Source: a virus. Taken from it: a stretch of DNA of 64,000 nucleotides. The stretch lies in the IMG/VR virus record IMGVR_UViG_3300020182_002648, positions 32,001 through 96,000 of that record. One strand, given 5' to 3'. Shown here piece by piece: positions 10,501-20,436 of this stretch. Every line of letters starts with the position of its first letter. Position 1 is the stretch's first letter. The notes beneath the pieces are model-generated. The model worked only from the letters and a program-made list of their open reading frames with translations. It searched no databases and was not told where the DNA came from. Position numbers and translations under genes: made by a program.

Positions 10501-11423
10501 AATTGTTAATAACAGGTGGTACTGGTTTGGTAGGAACCGGAATTAAATCAATCGCAAGTGAATTTCCAGAGCTTGATATATCTTATATGTCTTCGAAGGA
10601 TTGTAACTTGCTTGATTACGATCAAGTGTTGGAATATTTCTGGAACGAAGAACCAGAATGTATTATTCACTTGGCTGCAAATGTTGGTGGGTTGTACAAG
10701 AACATGAACCAAAAAGTGGAGATGTTTGATGATAATATTCAAATGAATCTCAACGTGATAAAAGCTGCATTCTCAAATGATATCAAGAACTTGATAGGTA
10801 CTTTATCAACATGCATCTTTCCTGACAACACAACATATCCTATCAACGAGACCATGCTTCATGATGGAGCACCACACACATCAAATGACGCATATGCGTA
10901 TGCAAAAAGAATGATCAAGGTTCAATGTGACGCATATAGCGCTCAGCATGATGTGAATTATTCGTGCATAATACCTACGAACATATACGGAGAAGGTGAC
11001 AATTTCTCATTAGAGGATGGACATGTGATACCCGCATTGATCCACAAATGCTTTAACGCTGTTAAAAATGGTACTGATTTTGAAGTGTATGGTACAGGTA
11101 AGCCGTTGCGTCAGTTTATATACTCAAAGGACCTAGGTAGATTGATACTAAAATCAGTATACAAACTAATGCAAGAAAGTATAATACTGGCACCTCGTGA
11201 GGAAGTCGCGATTGGTGATGTGGCTCGTTACATCGCTAGAGCGTTTGACTACGAAGACCGTATGATATTCAATGATAGCTTTAGTGATGGTCAATACAAG
11301 AAGACAGCTGATAACTCCAAACTAATGGAGTTGTTCCCGGATTTTGAATTTATGAAAATCGAGGAAGGTATAGCTGAGACCGTTAAGTATTTCAAACATG
11401 AGTACCCAAATTTAAGACTATGA
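10497..11423 (+). CDS. fcl: GDP-L-fucose synthase (eukaryote-type motifs)
   Basis: TGGTGLVG, HLAANVGG, LSTCIFPD, YAYAK, GTGKPLRQFIYS, SDGQYKKT. Confidence 0.9.
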   Translation: MKLLITGGTGLVGTGIKSIASEFPELDISYMSSKDCNLLDYDQVLEYFWNEEPECIIHLAANVGGLYKNMNQKVEMFDDNIQMNLNVIKAAFSNDIKNLIGTLSTCIFPDNTTYPINETMLHDGAPHTSNDAYAYAKRMIKVQCDAYSAQHDVNYSCIIPTNIYGEGDNFSLEDGHVIPALIHKCFNAVKNGTDFEVYGTGKPLRQFIYSKDLGRLILKSVYKLMQESIILAPREEVAIGDVARYIARAFDYEDRMIFNDSFSDGQYKKTADNSKLMELFPDFEFMKIEEGIAETVKYFKHEYPNLRL

Positions 11424-11773
11424 ATAACAACACAGATGAATCTATCCGCCCATGGGGTAACTACGAGATCTTACTAGATACAGACTACTGTAAGGTTAAG
11501 AGAATTTATGTAAAGCCTGGTCAACGATTGAGTTACCAGTACCATCACAAGAGACAAGAAGCATGGACTGTGGTTAGTGGTGTGGCACGTATAACAATCG
11601 ACGACGAGACTAATGACTACAAACCAGGCGAGACTGTGCTGATTCCATTAGGAGCAAAGCATCGGATGGCCAATCCAGAAACTGATGAGATGATGATACT
11701 TGTTGAGGTACAGACAGGTACGTATTTTGGTGAGGATGATATTGTCCGTGTGCAGGACGATTACAACAGATAA
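11420..11773 (+). CDS. Mannose-6-phosphate isomerase type II cupin
   Basis: [42 protein letters not shown]. Confidence 0.9.
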   Translation: MNNNTDESIRPWGNYEILLDTDYCKVKRIYVKPGQRLSYQYHHKRQEAWTVVSGVARITIDDETNDYKPGETVLIPLGAKHRMANPETDEMMILVEVQTGTYFGEDDIVRVQDDYNR

Positions 11774-11777
11774 TTTT

Positions 11778-12824
11778 ATGAAAATAGCACTTATAACAGG
11801 AGTCAATGGACAAGACGGCTCTTATCTAGCAGAATTATTATTAGATAAGGGTTATGATGTGTGGGGAGTAGCAAGACGCGCATCAGATATAAACACACAA
11901 CGCATAGAACATCTTTACTCGAACAAGAAATTGTTTCTCAGATACGGTGACATGACTGATGGTATCAATCTTGTCAACATATTGTATGAAATAAAAACTA
12001 CATATCCAGATATGAACCGGTTAGAGATATACAATCTAGCTGCTATGAGCCACGTCAAGGTGAGTTTTGACATGCCTGAGTATACAGCGAACGCTGACGG
12101 TACTGGTGTGCTAAGATTGTTAGAGGCTGTGAGGTCTACCGGACTGATGGATGTCACAAGATTTTATCAAGCAGCTACATCAGAACTATACGGACTGGTT
12201 CAAGAGGTACCTCAAAAAGAAACCACGCCATTTTATCCTAGATCTCCTTATGGTGTTGCTAAACTGTATGGATATTGGATAACCAAAAATTACAGAGAGT
12301 CATACGACATGTTCGCCGCTAATGGTATTTTATTCAATCATGAGAGTCCCAGAAGAGGTCCAACATTTGTGACTCGTAAGGTCACTAGAGGGTTGAACAT
12401 GATATTGACTGGTGAGCGTGATAAGTTAGTGATGGGTAATATTGATGCCAAGCGAGACTGGGGGCATGCTAAGGATTATGTTGAAGGCATGTGGCGTATA
12501 TTACAAGCTGACAAACCAGATGATTATGTGCTGTCAACTAATGAATTTCATTCAGTTAGAGAGTTTATCGAGAAAAGCTTCTCTATGAGAGGTTTTGACA
12601 TTCGATGGAAAGGCACTGGAGTAGATGAGATCGGGTATGATTATAATAACGGTAGAGAGTTGATACATATCTCAGATAAATACTTTCGACCAGCTGAAGT
12701 TGAAGAACTGTTAGGAGACTCAACAAAAGCCAGAACAGAACTAGGTTGGGAGCCTCAATATTCATTTGATCAACTAGTAAAAGAGATGGTCGATCATGAT
12801 TGCCCACCGAATAATACTGATTAA
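11778..12824 (+). CDS. gmd: GDP-mannose 4,6-dehydratase
   Basis: [42 protein letters not shown]; ATG at 11778. Confidence 0.95.
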   Translation: MKIALITGVNGQDGSYLAELLLDKGYDVWGVARRASDINTQRIEHLYSNKKLFLRYGDMTDGINLVNILYEIKTTYPDMNRLEIYNLAAMSHVKVSFDMPEYTANADGTGVLRLLEAVRSTGLMDVTRFYQAATSELYGLVQEVPQKETTPFYPRSPYGVAKLYGYWITKNYRESYDMFAANGILFNHESPRRGPTFVTRKVTRGLNMILTGERDKLVMGNIDAKRDWGHAKDYVEGMWRILQADKPDDYVLSTNEFHSVREFIEKSFSMRGFDIRWKGTGVDEIGYDYNNGRELIHISDKYFRPAEVEELLGDSTKARTELGWEPQYSFDQLVKEMVDHDCPPNNTD

Positions 12825-12876
12825 GTTTCAAGTTGCTATATATTCTGAATGAATGTCATAAATAATTATGTAAGTT

Positions 12877-15800
12877 ATGACATTTGAGCACACAAATTTA
12901 GACGAATTAAAAGGTAAATTCGAAGACGGGGACAGGCCTATAGGTGAAGATTTTGCAAGGCTATTAGATAGCTGCCACAATACCCTACAGGATACCGACG
13001 TTGGTATAACCAGGACATTAACTGTAAGTGGAGAGACATCATTTAATAGTAGTGTGGGTATATCATCTAGTTTATCAGTCGGAGGCGCGTTAGGAGTAAC
13101 CGGTTCGACTGTTCTGCACAGTACATTAGGTGTATCTGATACGGTTAGTTTCAATGGAGCATTAGGTGTGGTTGGAGCAGTTGGGTTTGGATCAACACTA
13201 TCAGTATCAGGCCCAGTTAATTTAAGTAACTCGCTTGTGGTGAGTGGATCCACTAGTCTACATGACGGTTTAGCAGTAATTGGGGCAACTCTTCTACGTG
13301 ATTCACTAGATGTATTAAGTGATACTAGGATTATATCTTTAACAGCCTCAGGTAGTACAGTACTAACAGACACATTATCAGTCACAAAAGGTGTTGTACT
13401 TCAGGATACAGTAGATATAGCAGGACACACGGCTATCAATGCTCCGTTAGACGTATTGGGGCTTACTGAGCTTAGTGGTACTACAATCAACGGGACACTA
13501 CAAACCAAAGGATTCGCGACGTTTGACAGTAATGTTCATATCAAAGGTAACTTACGTGTTGATGGAAACGCATATCTGAGCGCCGGCAGTGGTGGTAATA
13601 TACATGTAGGTGATACAGATGAGGATAATCTTATATTCAATGCTGATATTGCGAGTGATGTTAACTTGGATTCAGACAAAACGTACGATTTAGGTTCAAC
13701 TACCAAACGATGGAAGAATGTTTATGTAGCTGATATTGATGTTGATGGTCTAGTTGATGGTAGAGATATTTCAGATGATGGTCAAAAACTAGATAGTGTC
13801 AGCAGTACAGTTGACACAGGTAGTGCAAATTGGACTGATACATACACTAACGTTTCATCTTTTAGTGCCAATCGTGATAGTGTTTATTCTAGTGTCAACA
13901 ACACCAGCGCTCAATGGAACTCAGTATATACAGATGTTAGTGACACCAGCGCTCAATGGAACTCAGTATACACAGATGTTAGTGACACCAGCGCTCAATG
14001 GAACTCAGTATACACAGATGTATCAGAAACAAGTGGAACATGGAATGATGTTCATACGAACGTTAATGTTAATAGTGCTAATTGGGATGAATTATACACC
14101 ACCGCTCAAGCTAATAGTTCAGCTTGGTATGCAGACACAATAGCTGAACTTACTGATGTTGATGTGACCGGAGCATTAAATGACTCGATATTAGTGTACA
14201 GTAGCAGTATCGACAAATGGGTTGTCACAACACAATCGGATAACGATCTCAGAGCCACCGCCACCTTAGAAGCAATCACGCATAACGGAAGCAACATCGA
14301 TCTAGATAATAAAACATTAATTCTAACTGATAATGATCGAACGATAGCAGCACGTACTGTGACGTTCACAACATCTGCTGCTTTGGTTACTGGTACATAT
14401 GTTGAGGTGGATGATTCATCATATGTATATGGTGTATCCGGGTTGGATCGGAGCAATTTAAACGGGATAGCAGAGATAACAACAAATGTTATCGAGCTTG
14501 CTAGGATCAATGGTGATATAAGTATCGCAGCTAGCGTCACTGATGCTAAGATCAGATTAACACAACTGACCGGAGGACCAGGAGGCAACACTGAGATCGC
14601 TGGTACTGCTACCGGTAATACCAATGACGCGCTCTTCCATGGAGTAGACGGCACGAACAATCACAACCCAAAATTCACCGGAGGAGAGTCTGTAGATAAT
14701 TTTGAATCACTAAACGACACACCTGGTAGTTACGCTGGTAATGCTGGTAATTTCGTCAAAGTCAACACCGGTGAGGACGCGCTAGAATTTATATCACACC
14801 CGACAGATGAATGGGATTCAGTTTATAGTTTCGTGAATGGTGATAGTGCCACCAACAATACTGATTATAATCAGACAGTATTTCTCAAGCTTAGTGGTGA
14901 TGTGATGACCGGTGGATTGACAGTACAAGGTGATATATCTGCTACTGGTGATATCTATCTATCCAACGATAGTTTAAACTTCGCTGATGGCGAAACATTT
15001 TCTAGTACTGATAGTGTCAATGTGAAGGGTACGTATGCTAGTGTTACAGCCACTAGTGGTGAGTGGGATAGCGTTTATGCTAGCGTTACAGCCACGAGTG
15101 GTGAGTGGGATTCAGTATATTCAAGCGTATCATCTACAAGTGCTAATTGGGATTCTGTTTACTCTAGCGTTACAGCTACAAGCGGTGAATGGGATTCAGT
15201 TTACACAGATGTATCCGAAACAAGTGGTGAGTGGGATTCAGTATACTCAAGTGTTACTGCTACAAGTGGTGAGTGGGATAGCGTTTATACAGACGTATCC
15301 GAAACAAGTGGTGAGTGGGATAGCGTTTATGCTAGCGTTTCATCTACAAGTGGTGAGTGGGATAGCGTTTATACAGACGTATCCGAAACAAGTGGTGAGT
15401 GGGATAGCGTTTATACAGACGTATCTAATACAAGTGGTGAATGGAATTCGGTTTATAGTTATATCAACACAGCATCTGGTTTCGGTCTAGCTACTGTAGA
15501 CGCTCAAGGTAAATTGTTAACAACACAGATACCAGAGCTTAGTATAACTCGCGTACATGCGGTTACCAGTCCATCAGAAGTCGCTGTGTTAAACCCCGGG
15601 AATGGTATTCAATCAGGAGACGTTGTTGTCGTATCATCTACACATGATAACCTAATAGCAGTAGTTGATTCACCTACAGGTACATATACGAGTGGTACAG
15701 GAGATTACGTAGGGTATGCTAAGCTAGCTCTACCGGATGGCTTAGTACAGACTGTTAATGGTAAGCAGGGTCCTAGCGTTGTTCTTAACTCAGATGATTT

Positions 15801-16980
15801 TGATGATGCAGTCACTGCACATAAGTTCGTGTCAGCTGTTGATAAGACAAAATGGAATTTAAATAACACAACAGTGCATGCTAACAGCGGTTCTTGGATA
15901 GGTGGTAACAGTGTTTACAATAGCGTGCTTGCCACAAGTGCTGATTGGAACAGTGTTCATGCAAGTGTCTTAGCTAACAGCGGTTCTTGGATAGGTGGTA
16001 ACAGCGTTTACAATAGCGTGCTTGCCACAAGTGCTGATTGGAATAACGTTCATGCAAGTGTCTTAGCTACGAGCGCTGAATGGGATAGCACACATACATC
16101 AGTTTTAGATACAAGTGCTAATTGGGATAATGTCTATACGGACGTATCTAATACAAGTGCTAAATGGAATGATGTTTACAGTTTTGTTAATAGTGATAGC
16201 GCTACCAACAATACAGATTATAACCAGACACACTTTGTTAATGCTAGTGGAGATACAATAACCGGTAAGTTGGAGATTGAATCTAGCGAACTAGAGGTAG
16301 GTGGTAATATAACAATGGCGGGAGATTTAATACACCAAGATGATACAGGTACTAAGATATCATTTAATACAGATATAATAACACTAGAAGCAAATGGACA
16401 GGAATTCATAACCATAGACGGTACTGCTCCAACACCTGATACAGTTATTATTAATGAAGCTGCGACTACACCAGTGAATTTCATAATTAAAACTCCAAGC
16501 AATCACCCAGCATTGTACTTTAGAGGTAGTGATGGTTCTCTAGGTCTAGGAACTTCCTCCATGAATGTTAAGTTAGCAGTAGTGGGTGGTATATCCGCTA
16601 GTGAGGGTATTGAGATAGAGGAGCATGCTACTATAAAAGGGAACACTACACTAAGTGGTAGTGTTGATGTAAAGAGTACACTAACCGGTGTTAGTGCTGA
16701 GTTTACCGGTAGTTTATCCACCACCGGTGAGATGATCAGTGCTGGTGTTCCTCTACATGAGATATTCTCAACGGACGTGGATATATGGAACGACTTGACT
16801 GTACATGGTAGTATAAGTGCTACTGAAAGTTTATCAGCTACAGATATAGTAGCGAAAACCGGTTATCATACTTTAACTGGAGCCGATGTAAAAGTCACAG
16901 GAATTACACAAGATATTAACATTGGTGGTCATGTATTACATATAGTGAATGGATTAATTGTTGAGGTGACTGATGAGTAG
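12877..16980 (+). CDS. Large virion fibre/structural protein with beta-rich domains and 14-aa W-D-S-V-Y repeats
   Basis: 1367 aa, Ser/Thr/Gly-rich, LSGDVMTGGL and VQTVNGKQG fibre-type motifs; CATAAATA upstream; adjacent to neck gene. Confidence 0.7.
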   Translation: MTFEHTNLDELKGKFEDGDRPIGEDFARLLDSCHNTLQDTDVGITRTLTVSGETSFNSSVGISSSLSVGGALGVTGSTVLHSTLGVSDTVSFNGALGVVGAVGFGSTLSVSGPVNLSNSLVVSGSTSLHDGLAVIGATLLRDSLDVLSDTRIISLTASGSTVLTDTLSVTKGVVLQDTVDIAGHTAINAPLDVLGLTELSGTTINGTLQTKGFATFDSNVHIKGNLRVDGNAYLSAGSGGNIHVGDTDEDNLIFNADIASDVNLDSDKTYDLGSTTKRWKNVYVADIDVDGLVDGRDISDDGQKLDSVSSTVDTGSANWTDTYTNVSSFSANRDSVYSSVNNTSAQWNSVYTDVSDTSAQWNSVYTDVSDTSAQWNSVYTDVSETSGTWNDVHTNVNVNSANWDELYTTAQANSSAWYADTIAELTDVDVTGALNDSILVYSSSIDKWVVTTQSDNDLRATATLEAITHNGSNIDLDNKTLILTDNDRTIAARTVTFTTSAALVTGTYVEVDDSSYVYGVSGLDRSNLNGIAEITTNVIELARINGDISIAASVTDAKIRLTQLTGGPGGNTEIAGTATGNTNDALFHGVDGTNNHNPKFTGGESVDNFESLNDTPGSYAGNAGNFVKVNTGEDALEFISHPTDEWDSVYSFVNGDSATNNTDYNQTVFLKLSGDVMTGGLTVQGDISATGDIYLSNDSLNFADGETFSSTDSVNVKGTYASVTATSGEWDSVYASVTATSGEWDSVYSSVSSTSANWDSVYSSVTATSGEWDSVYTDVSETSGEWDSVYSSVTATSGEWDSVYTDVSETSGEWDSVYASVSSTSGEWDSVYTDVSETSGEWDSVYTDVSNTSGEWNSVYSYINTASGFGLATVDAQGKLLTTQIPELSITRVHAVTSPSEVAVLNPGNGIQSGDVVVVSSTHDNLIAVVDSPTGTYTSGTGDYVGYAKLALPDGLVQTVNGKQGPSVVLNSDDFDDAVTAHKFVSAVDKTKWNLNNTTVHANSGSWIGGNSVYNSVLATSADWNSVHASVLANSGSWIGGNSVYNSVLATSADWNNVHASVLATSAEWDSTHTSVLDTSANWDNVYTDVSNTSAKWNDVYSFVNSDSATNNTDYNQTHFVNASGDTITGKLEIESSELEVGGNITMAGDLIHQDDTGTKISFNTDIITLEANGQEFITIDGTAPTPDTVIINEAATTPVNFIIKTPSNHPALYFRGSDGSLGLGTSSMNVKLAVVGGISASEGIEIEEHATIKGNTTLSGSVDVKSTLTGVSAEFTGSLSTTGEMISAGVPLHEIFSTDVDIWNDLTVHGSISATESLSATDIVAKTGYHTLTGADVKVTGITQDINIGGHVLHIVNGLIVEVTDE
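13901..14020 (+). repeat. 42-bp tandem repeat (about 3 copies) encoding TSAQWNSVYTDVSD
   Basis: acaccagcgctcaatggaactcagtata.acagatgt repeated with 42-bp period. Confidence 0.9.
15031..15460 (+). repeat. 42-bp degenerate tandem repeat (about 10 copies) encoding TSGEWDSVY-x5
   Basis: recurring agtggtgagtgggat core with 14-aa period. Confidence 0.9.
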
Positions 16981-18106
16981 TTGCGATGACGGTGGTCCAC
17001 ACACACCACCTCCTGTAAAGCCATTACATGAATTTTACAGCTCTAATTTAAATCCTAAAGTAACGACCTATGAGAAGCTAGCGACTCGTATTGCGTATAC
17101 ATTAGGTTACCCGCAAATCAATATAGAAGCTCATCAGAATCAAGTGTTTGAGAACATTAGTATCGCGATTGAGATGTTCAGTAAGTTTGCCGGATACACC
17201 GAAGAGTATTTAACATTCCATTCTAGCTTGTATGAGCCGGGTAAAGGACTTCGGATGGATGTACTGATGACAGCGACAGAACAGTTGGCTGGATCTTATG
17301 AAGCTAATCCAAATGAAACGACTCTCGACAAATCGTTATATGAGATTGGTAGTAGTATTATAGGTGGTGGTCCGATTGATATGGCTGTAAATTATAAAGG
17401 ATATTCAGATGGAGAGTCAAAATGGGAAGGTACCAAGACACGAAAATCTCATGGATCGCGTGCTAGTAGCCGCCCTGATGAATCTCAACGTGATCAATTA
17501 AACGAAAAACTAGCCAAACCACTCCCTAACATGAAGGGGTATGATTATCTAACTGATAGTTACAGGAAGGTTATAGATATTTTCGCATTTGAAGAAGGTA
17601 CATCTACTGGTATCAACACTCTATTCACAATAGAACAAACATTAGCACAACAGACATACTTTAGTTATGCGTTAGGAAAGTACGGGTTTGATTTAGTAAG
17701 CTGGTACACAATGAAGAATTGGTTAGAAGACAGAAGAAAAATGCTATCACAAGACTACTATTGCAGATTTGATGACAGAAAACAAACACTCTACTTGACA
17801 CCCGAACCTAACAGAGGTAACAGACGCACACAGTTCTACGGTCTTATAGGAGCATACGTTGAGCGACCTGTATGTGAATTAGTATCTGAAGCATGGGTAT
17901 ATCAATATGCATTGGCGTTAACTAAAATAGTGATCGCTCGAGTGCGTGGTAAATATTCCGGTACGAATTTATTCGGTGGTGGTTCTCCTAATTACAATGA
18001 ATTGTTAAGTGAAGGTAATACTGACAAGAAGGAGCTCGAGACCAAGTTGTATGAAGGGGTTCCTGGATTCGGTGATGGTGAACCTCCGATGTTCTTCGTA
18101 GGGTGA
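16973..18106 (+). CDS. T4 gp13-like neck protein
   Basis: N-terminal LG.PQINIE...Q....I..AIEMF and C-terminal WVYQYALAL.K......RGKY.G..L.GG, PPMFFVG. Confidence 0.8.
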   Translation: MSSCDDGGPHTPPPVKPLHEFYSSNLNPKVTTYEKLATRIAYTLGYPQINIEAHQNQVFENISIAIEMFSKFAGYTEEYLTFHSSLYEPGKGLRMDVLMTATEQLAGSYEANPNETTLDKSLYEIGSSIIGGGPIDMAVNYKGYSDGESKWEGTKTRKSHGSRASSRPDESQRDQLNEKLAKPLPNMKGYDYLTDSYRKVIDIFAFEEGTSTGINTLFTIEQTLAQQTYFSYALGKYGFDLVSWYTMKNWLEDRRKMLSQDYYCRFDDRKQTLYLTPEPNRGNRRTQFYGLIGAYVERPVCELVSEAWVYQYALALTKIVIARVRGKYSGTNLFGGGSPNYNELLSEGNTDKKELETKLYEGVPGFGDGEPPMFFVG

Positions 18107-18573
18107 AGAAGAAACCTTACAAGAAATTTACTAAATTTCGACAAGGCATATACAAACCAGTTCACAGCGAGAAGTACGACGGTTCAAAATACCCTAGATA
18201 TCTAAGCAGCTGGGAATTAAAGTTTTTTAAATGGTGCGATATAAACCCTACAGTATTGAAATGGTCCAGTGAGTCGGTATGTGTACCTTATATATCACCA
18301 GTAGACGGTAAGATGCATCGGTACTTTGTTGATAATGTGGTACATATACAAGAAGGAGCAAAGGTTGTTAAATATCTAATAGAGATAAAGCCATACAAAC
18401 AAACAAAGCCACCTGTAACAACCGGCAAGAAAAAACGAACCACGTTAGTACATGAGGCTGCTACATGGGGTGTCAATCAAGCTAAATGGCAGGCAGCAAT
18501 GAAGTGGGCTGATAAAAACGGCTACATCTTCCAACTAGTGACTGAGAAAGATTTTACATTATTCTCTAGATAG
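18103..18573 (+). CDS. T4 gp4-like head completion nuclease
   Basis: SSWELKFFKWCD.NP..WSSE, PYISPVDGKMHRYFVD, IEIKP, NQAKW.AA. Confidence 0.9.
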   Translation: MKKKPYKKFTKFRQGIYKPVHSEKYDGSKYPRYLSSWELKFFKWCDINPTVLKWSSESVCVPYISPVDGKMHRYFVDNVVHIQEGAKVVKYLIEIKPYKQTKPPVTTGKKKRTTLVHEAATWGVNQAKWQAAMKWADKNGYIFQLVTEKDFTLFSR

Positions 18574-18614
18574 TAGTAGAATTTCTAGTTTTAGAGATAA
18601 GTAATTAGAATCAT

Positions 18615-19301
18615 ATGCACGCTAACCTATTAATAGAGACAACAGATCCAAGTGATTTTGAATACATTATTGAAGAACGTAATGCTAAAGGTGATCAGAA
18701 TGTTTATATCAAAGGACCTTACGCAATGGCAGGAGCTTCTAATAAAAATGGCAGAATATACTGCGAGAAGGAGATGGCTAAAGAGGTTAAAAGGTATACA
18801 GAGCAGATGATCGACACTAAAAGAGCTTTAGGTGAGTTGAACCATCCAACTAGTGCTGATGTCGATCTAGAGAGAGCATGTCATATGGTGACTGAGTTAA
18901 ATGCATGTCCTCACAATAGAGGTGTATACATCGGAAAGTCCAAGGTATTAAGCACACCGACCGGGGCAATCGTCAAGTCTTTAATCAATGATGGATGCAG
19001 TGTAGGAATGAGCACAAGGAGTCTGGGTAAGTTGGTTCAATCTGAAGACAATTCTGGAGAGAATCACGTACAAGACATGCGCTTAGTAGCTATCGATTGT
19101 GTTGCAGATCCTAGTTTTGGAGAAGCGTTTGTTAATGGTATTCTAGAAAGCAAACAATTTATTCTCAACCAGTCTGGTATGTACGTGGAAGCGTACGATA
19201 AATTTGAAAAAGGATTAGCTAACATGCCGAAGAATGATGTACAGGATTATTTAAAGAACAATATTTTAACGTTTATTGAATCAATCAAACAAAAACTATA
19301 A
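18615..19301 (+). CDS. T4 gp21-like prohead protease
   Basis: N.NGRIY, ALGELNHP, TPTG, GMSTRSLG, DCVADPS. Confidence 0.92.
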   Translation: MHANLLIETTDPSDFEYIIEERNAKGDQNVYIKGPYAMAGASNKNGRIYCEKEMAKEVKRYTEQMIDTKRALGELNHPTSADVDLERACHMVTELNACPHNRGVYIGKSKVLSTPTGAIVKSLINDGCSVGMSTRSLGKLVQSEDNSGENHVQDMRLVAIDCVADPSFGEAFVNGILESKQFILNQSGMYVEAYDKFEKGLANMPKNDVQDYLKNNILTFIESIKQKL

Positions 19302-19474
19302 TGACCAGACCTAACAACAACCCAAATGAACGCCAACCAGTCATGAAATTTATCAGCGATATTGGCAATAAAAACTACGCAGCTGCGAAGGATTCACTCA
19401 AGGTGGCGATAGAAAAAAAGCTATTTAACAAGATAAATGCTAACAAAAACATAAATATATTTAGAGATGAGTGA
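19301..19474 (+). CDS. Small prohead core protein (gp67-like), 57 aa, absent from ORF track
   Basis: MTRPNNN...AAAKDSLKVAIEKKL...RDE*; start overlaps gp21 stop (TAATG); helical; lies between protease and scaffold. Confidence 0.55.
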   Translation: MTRPNNNPNERQPVMKFISDIGNKNYAAAKDSLKVAIEKKLFNKINANKNINIFRDE

Positions 19475-20384
19475 AAAACAAATTAATAACCAACTTAAAG
19501 ATCTAGGCGACGGAATCCTCACAGAGGAAACTCTAGCAGAACTAGAAACATCATTCCATGAATCAGTAGACGAGTTAGCTCAATTACGTGTTGAGAAAGC
19601 ACTAGTTGAACAAGACGAAGAACATGCTGTTAAACTCGAGAAGCTTTTAGAAGCTATCGATAGTGATCACACTAACAAACTTCAAAAGGTTGTAGAGGCT
19701 ATCGACAAAAATCACTCAGAAAAATTAGTCGCTCTCGTAGAGAAGTTCAAAACGGAAATTGATGGAGACGCTAAAGTGTTTAAAGAAGGCTTAGTAGACA
19801 ACATCAGCAACTACTTAGACTTGTATGTTGAAGAGACTTTACCAGTAGCAGACATTCAAGAGGCTATTAAGAATAAACATGCAGTAACAGTATTAGAAGG
19901 ATTAAGAAAAGCATTATCAGTTGACAATGCGCTTTCAAATGAGTCAGTACGGGAAGCTGTTATGGACGGTAAACGTCAAATCGATGAGGCTTCTACTACA
20001 GCAATCAAGTTAGCTGAAGAGAACAAAGTTTTAAAAGAAAACTTAAGTGCTCAACGTGCTGAATTAGCACTGGACAAGCTCACAGAAGGTCTACCTGCTA
20101 GCAAAAGACGTCACATGTACAAAGTACTTGAAGGCAAGTCCGCACAATTTATTAACGAGAACTTCCAATACACATTGGACATGTTCGAGAAAAATGAAAA
20201 ATCTAAACTAACCGATCTCAAGGCAGAAGCCACTAGTGGCAAGAGAGTCATCGATCGTCCAGTTTCAAAGCAAGCACCTGTTATTAAAGAGAGTGTTGAA
20301 TCCCAAATCGAGCAAGTAGAACCTGACAACAAACAAGACGGTCATCTATTTAACAATTATATGGGTGAGCTTAAGAAATGGTAA
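19467..20384 (+). CDS. T4 gp22-like prohead scaffold protein
   Basis: Acidic coiled coil with ISNYLDLYVEE; lies between gp21 and gp23. Confidence 0.85.
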   Translation: MSEKQINNQLKDLGDGILTEETLAELETSFHESVDELAQLRVEKALVEQDEEHAVKLEKLLEAIDSDHTNKLQKVVEAIDKNHSEKLVALVEKFKTEIDGDAKVFKEGLVDNISNYLDLYVEETLPVADIQEAIKNKHAVTVLEGLRKALSVDNALSNESVREAVMDGKRQIDEASTTAIKLAEENKVLKENLSAQRAELALDKLTEGLPASKRRHMYKVLEGKSAQFINENFQYTLDMFEKNEKSKLTDLKAEATSGKRVIDRPVSKQAPVIKESVESQIEQVEPDNKQDGHLFNNYMGELKKW

Positions 20385-20436
20385 CATCAATTTTAAATGA
20401 GGCTTCACAGCCTGAGTATGTAAGGAAATTAATAAT

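Noticed and set aside
12828-16724. Antisense and alternate-frame ORFs in the fibre gene (likewise 39611-40204, 34199-34612, 47669-48028)
   Set aside because: Shadows of real genes or repeats, with no promoter, start context or motifs
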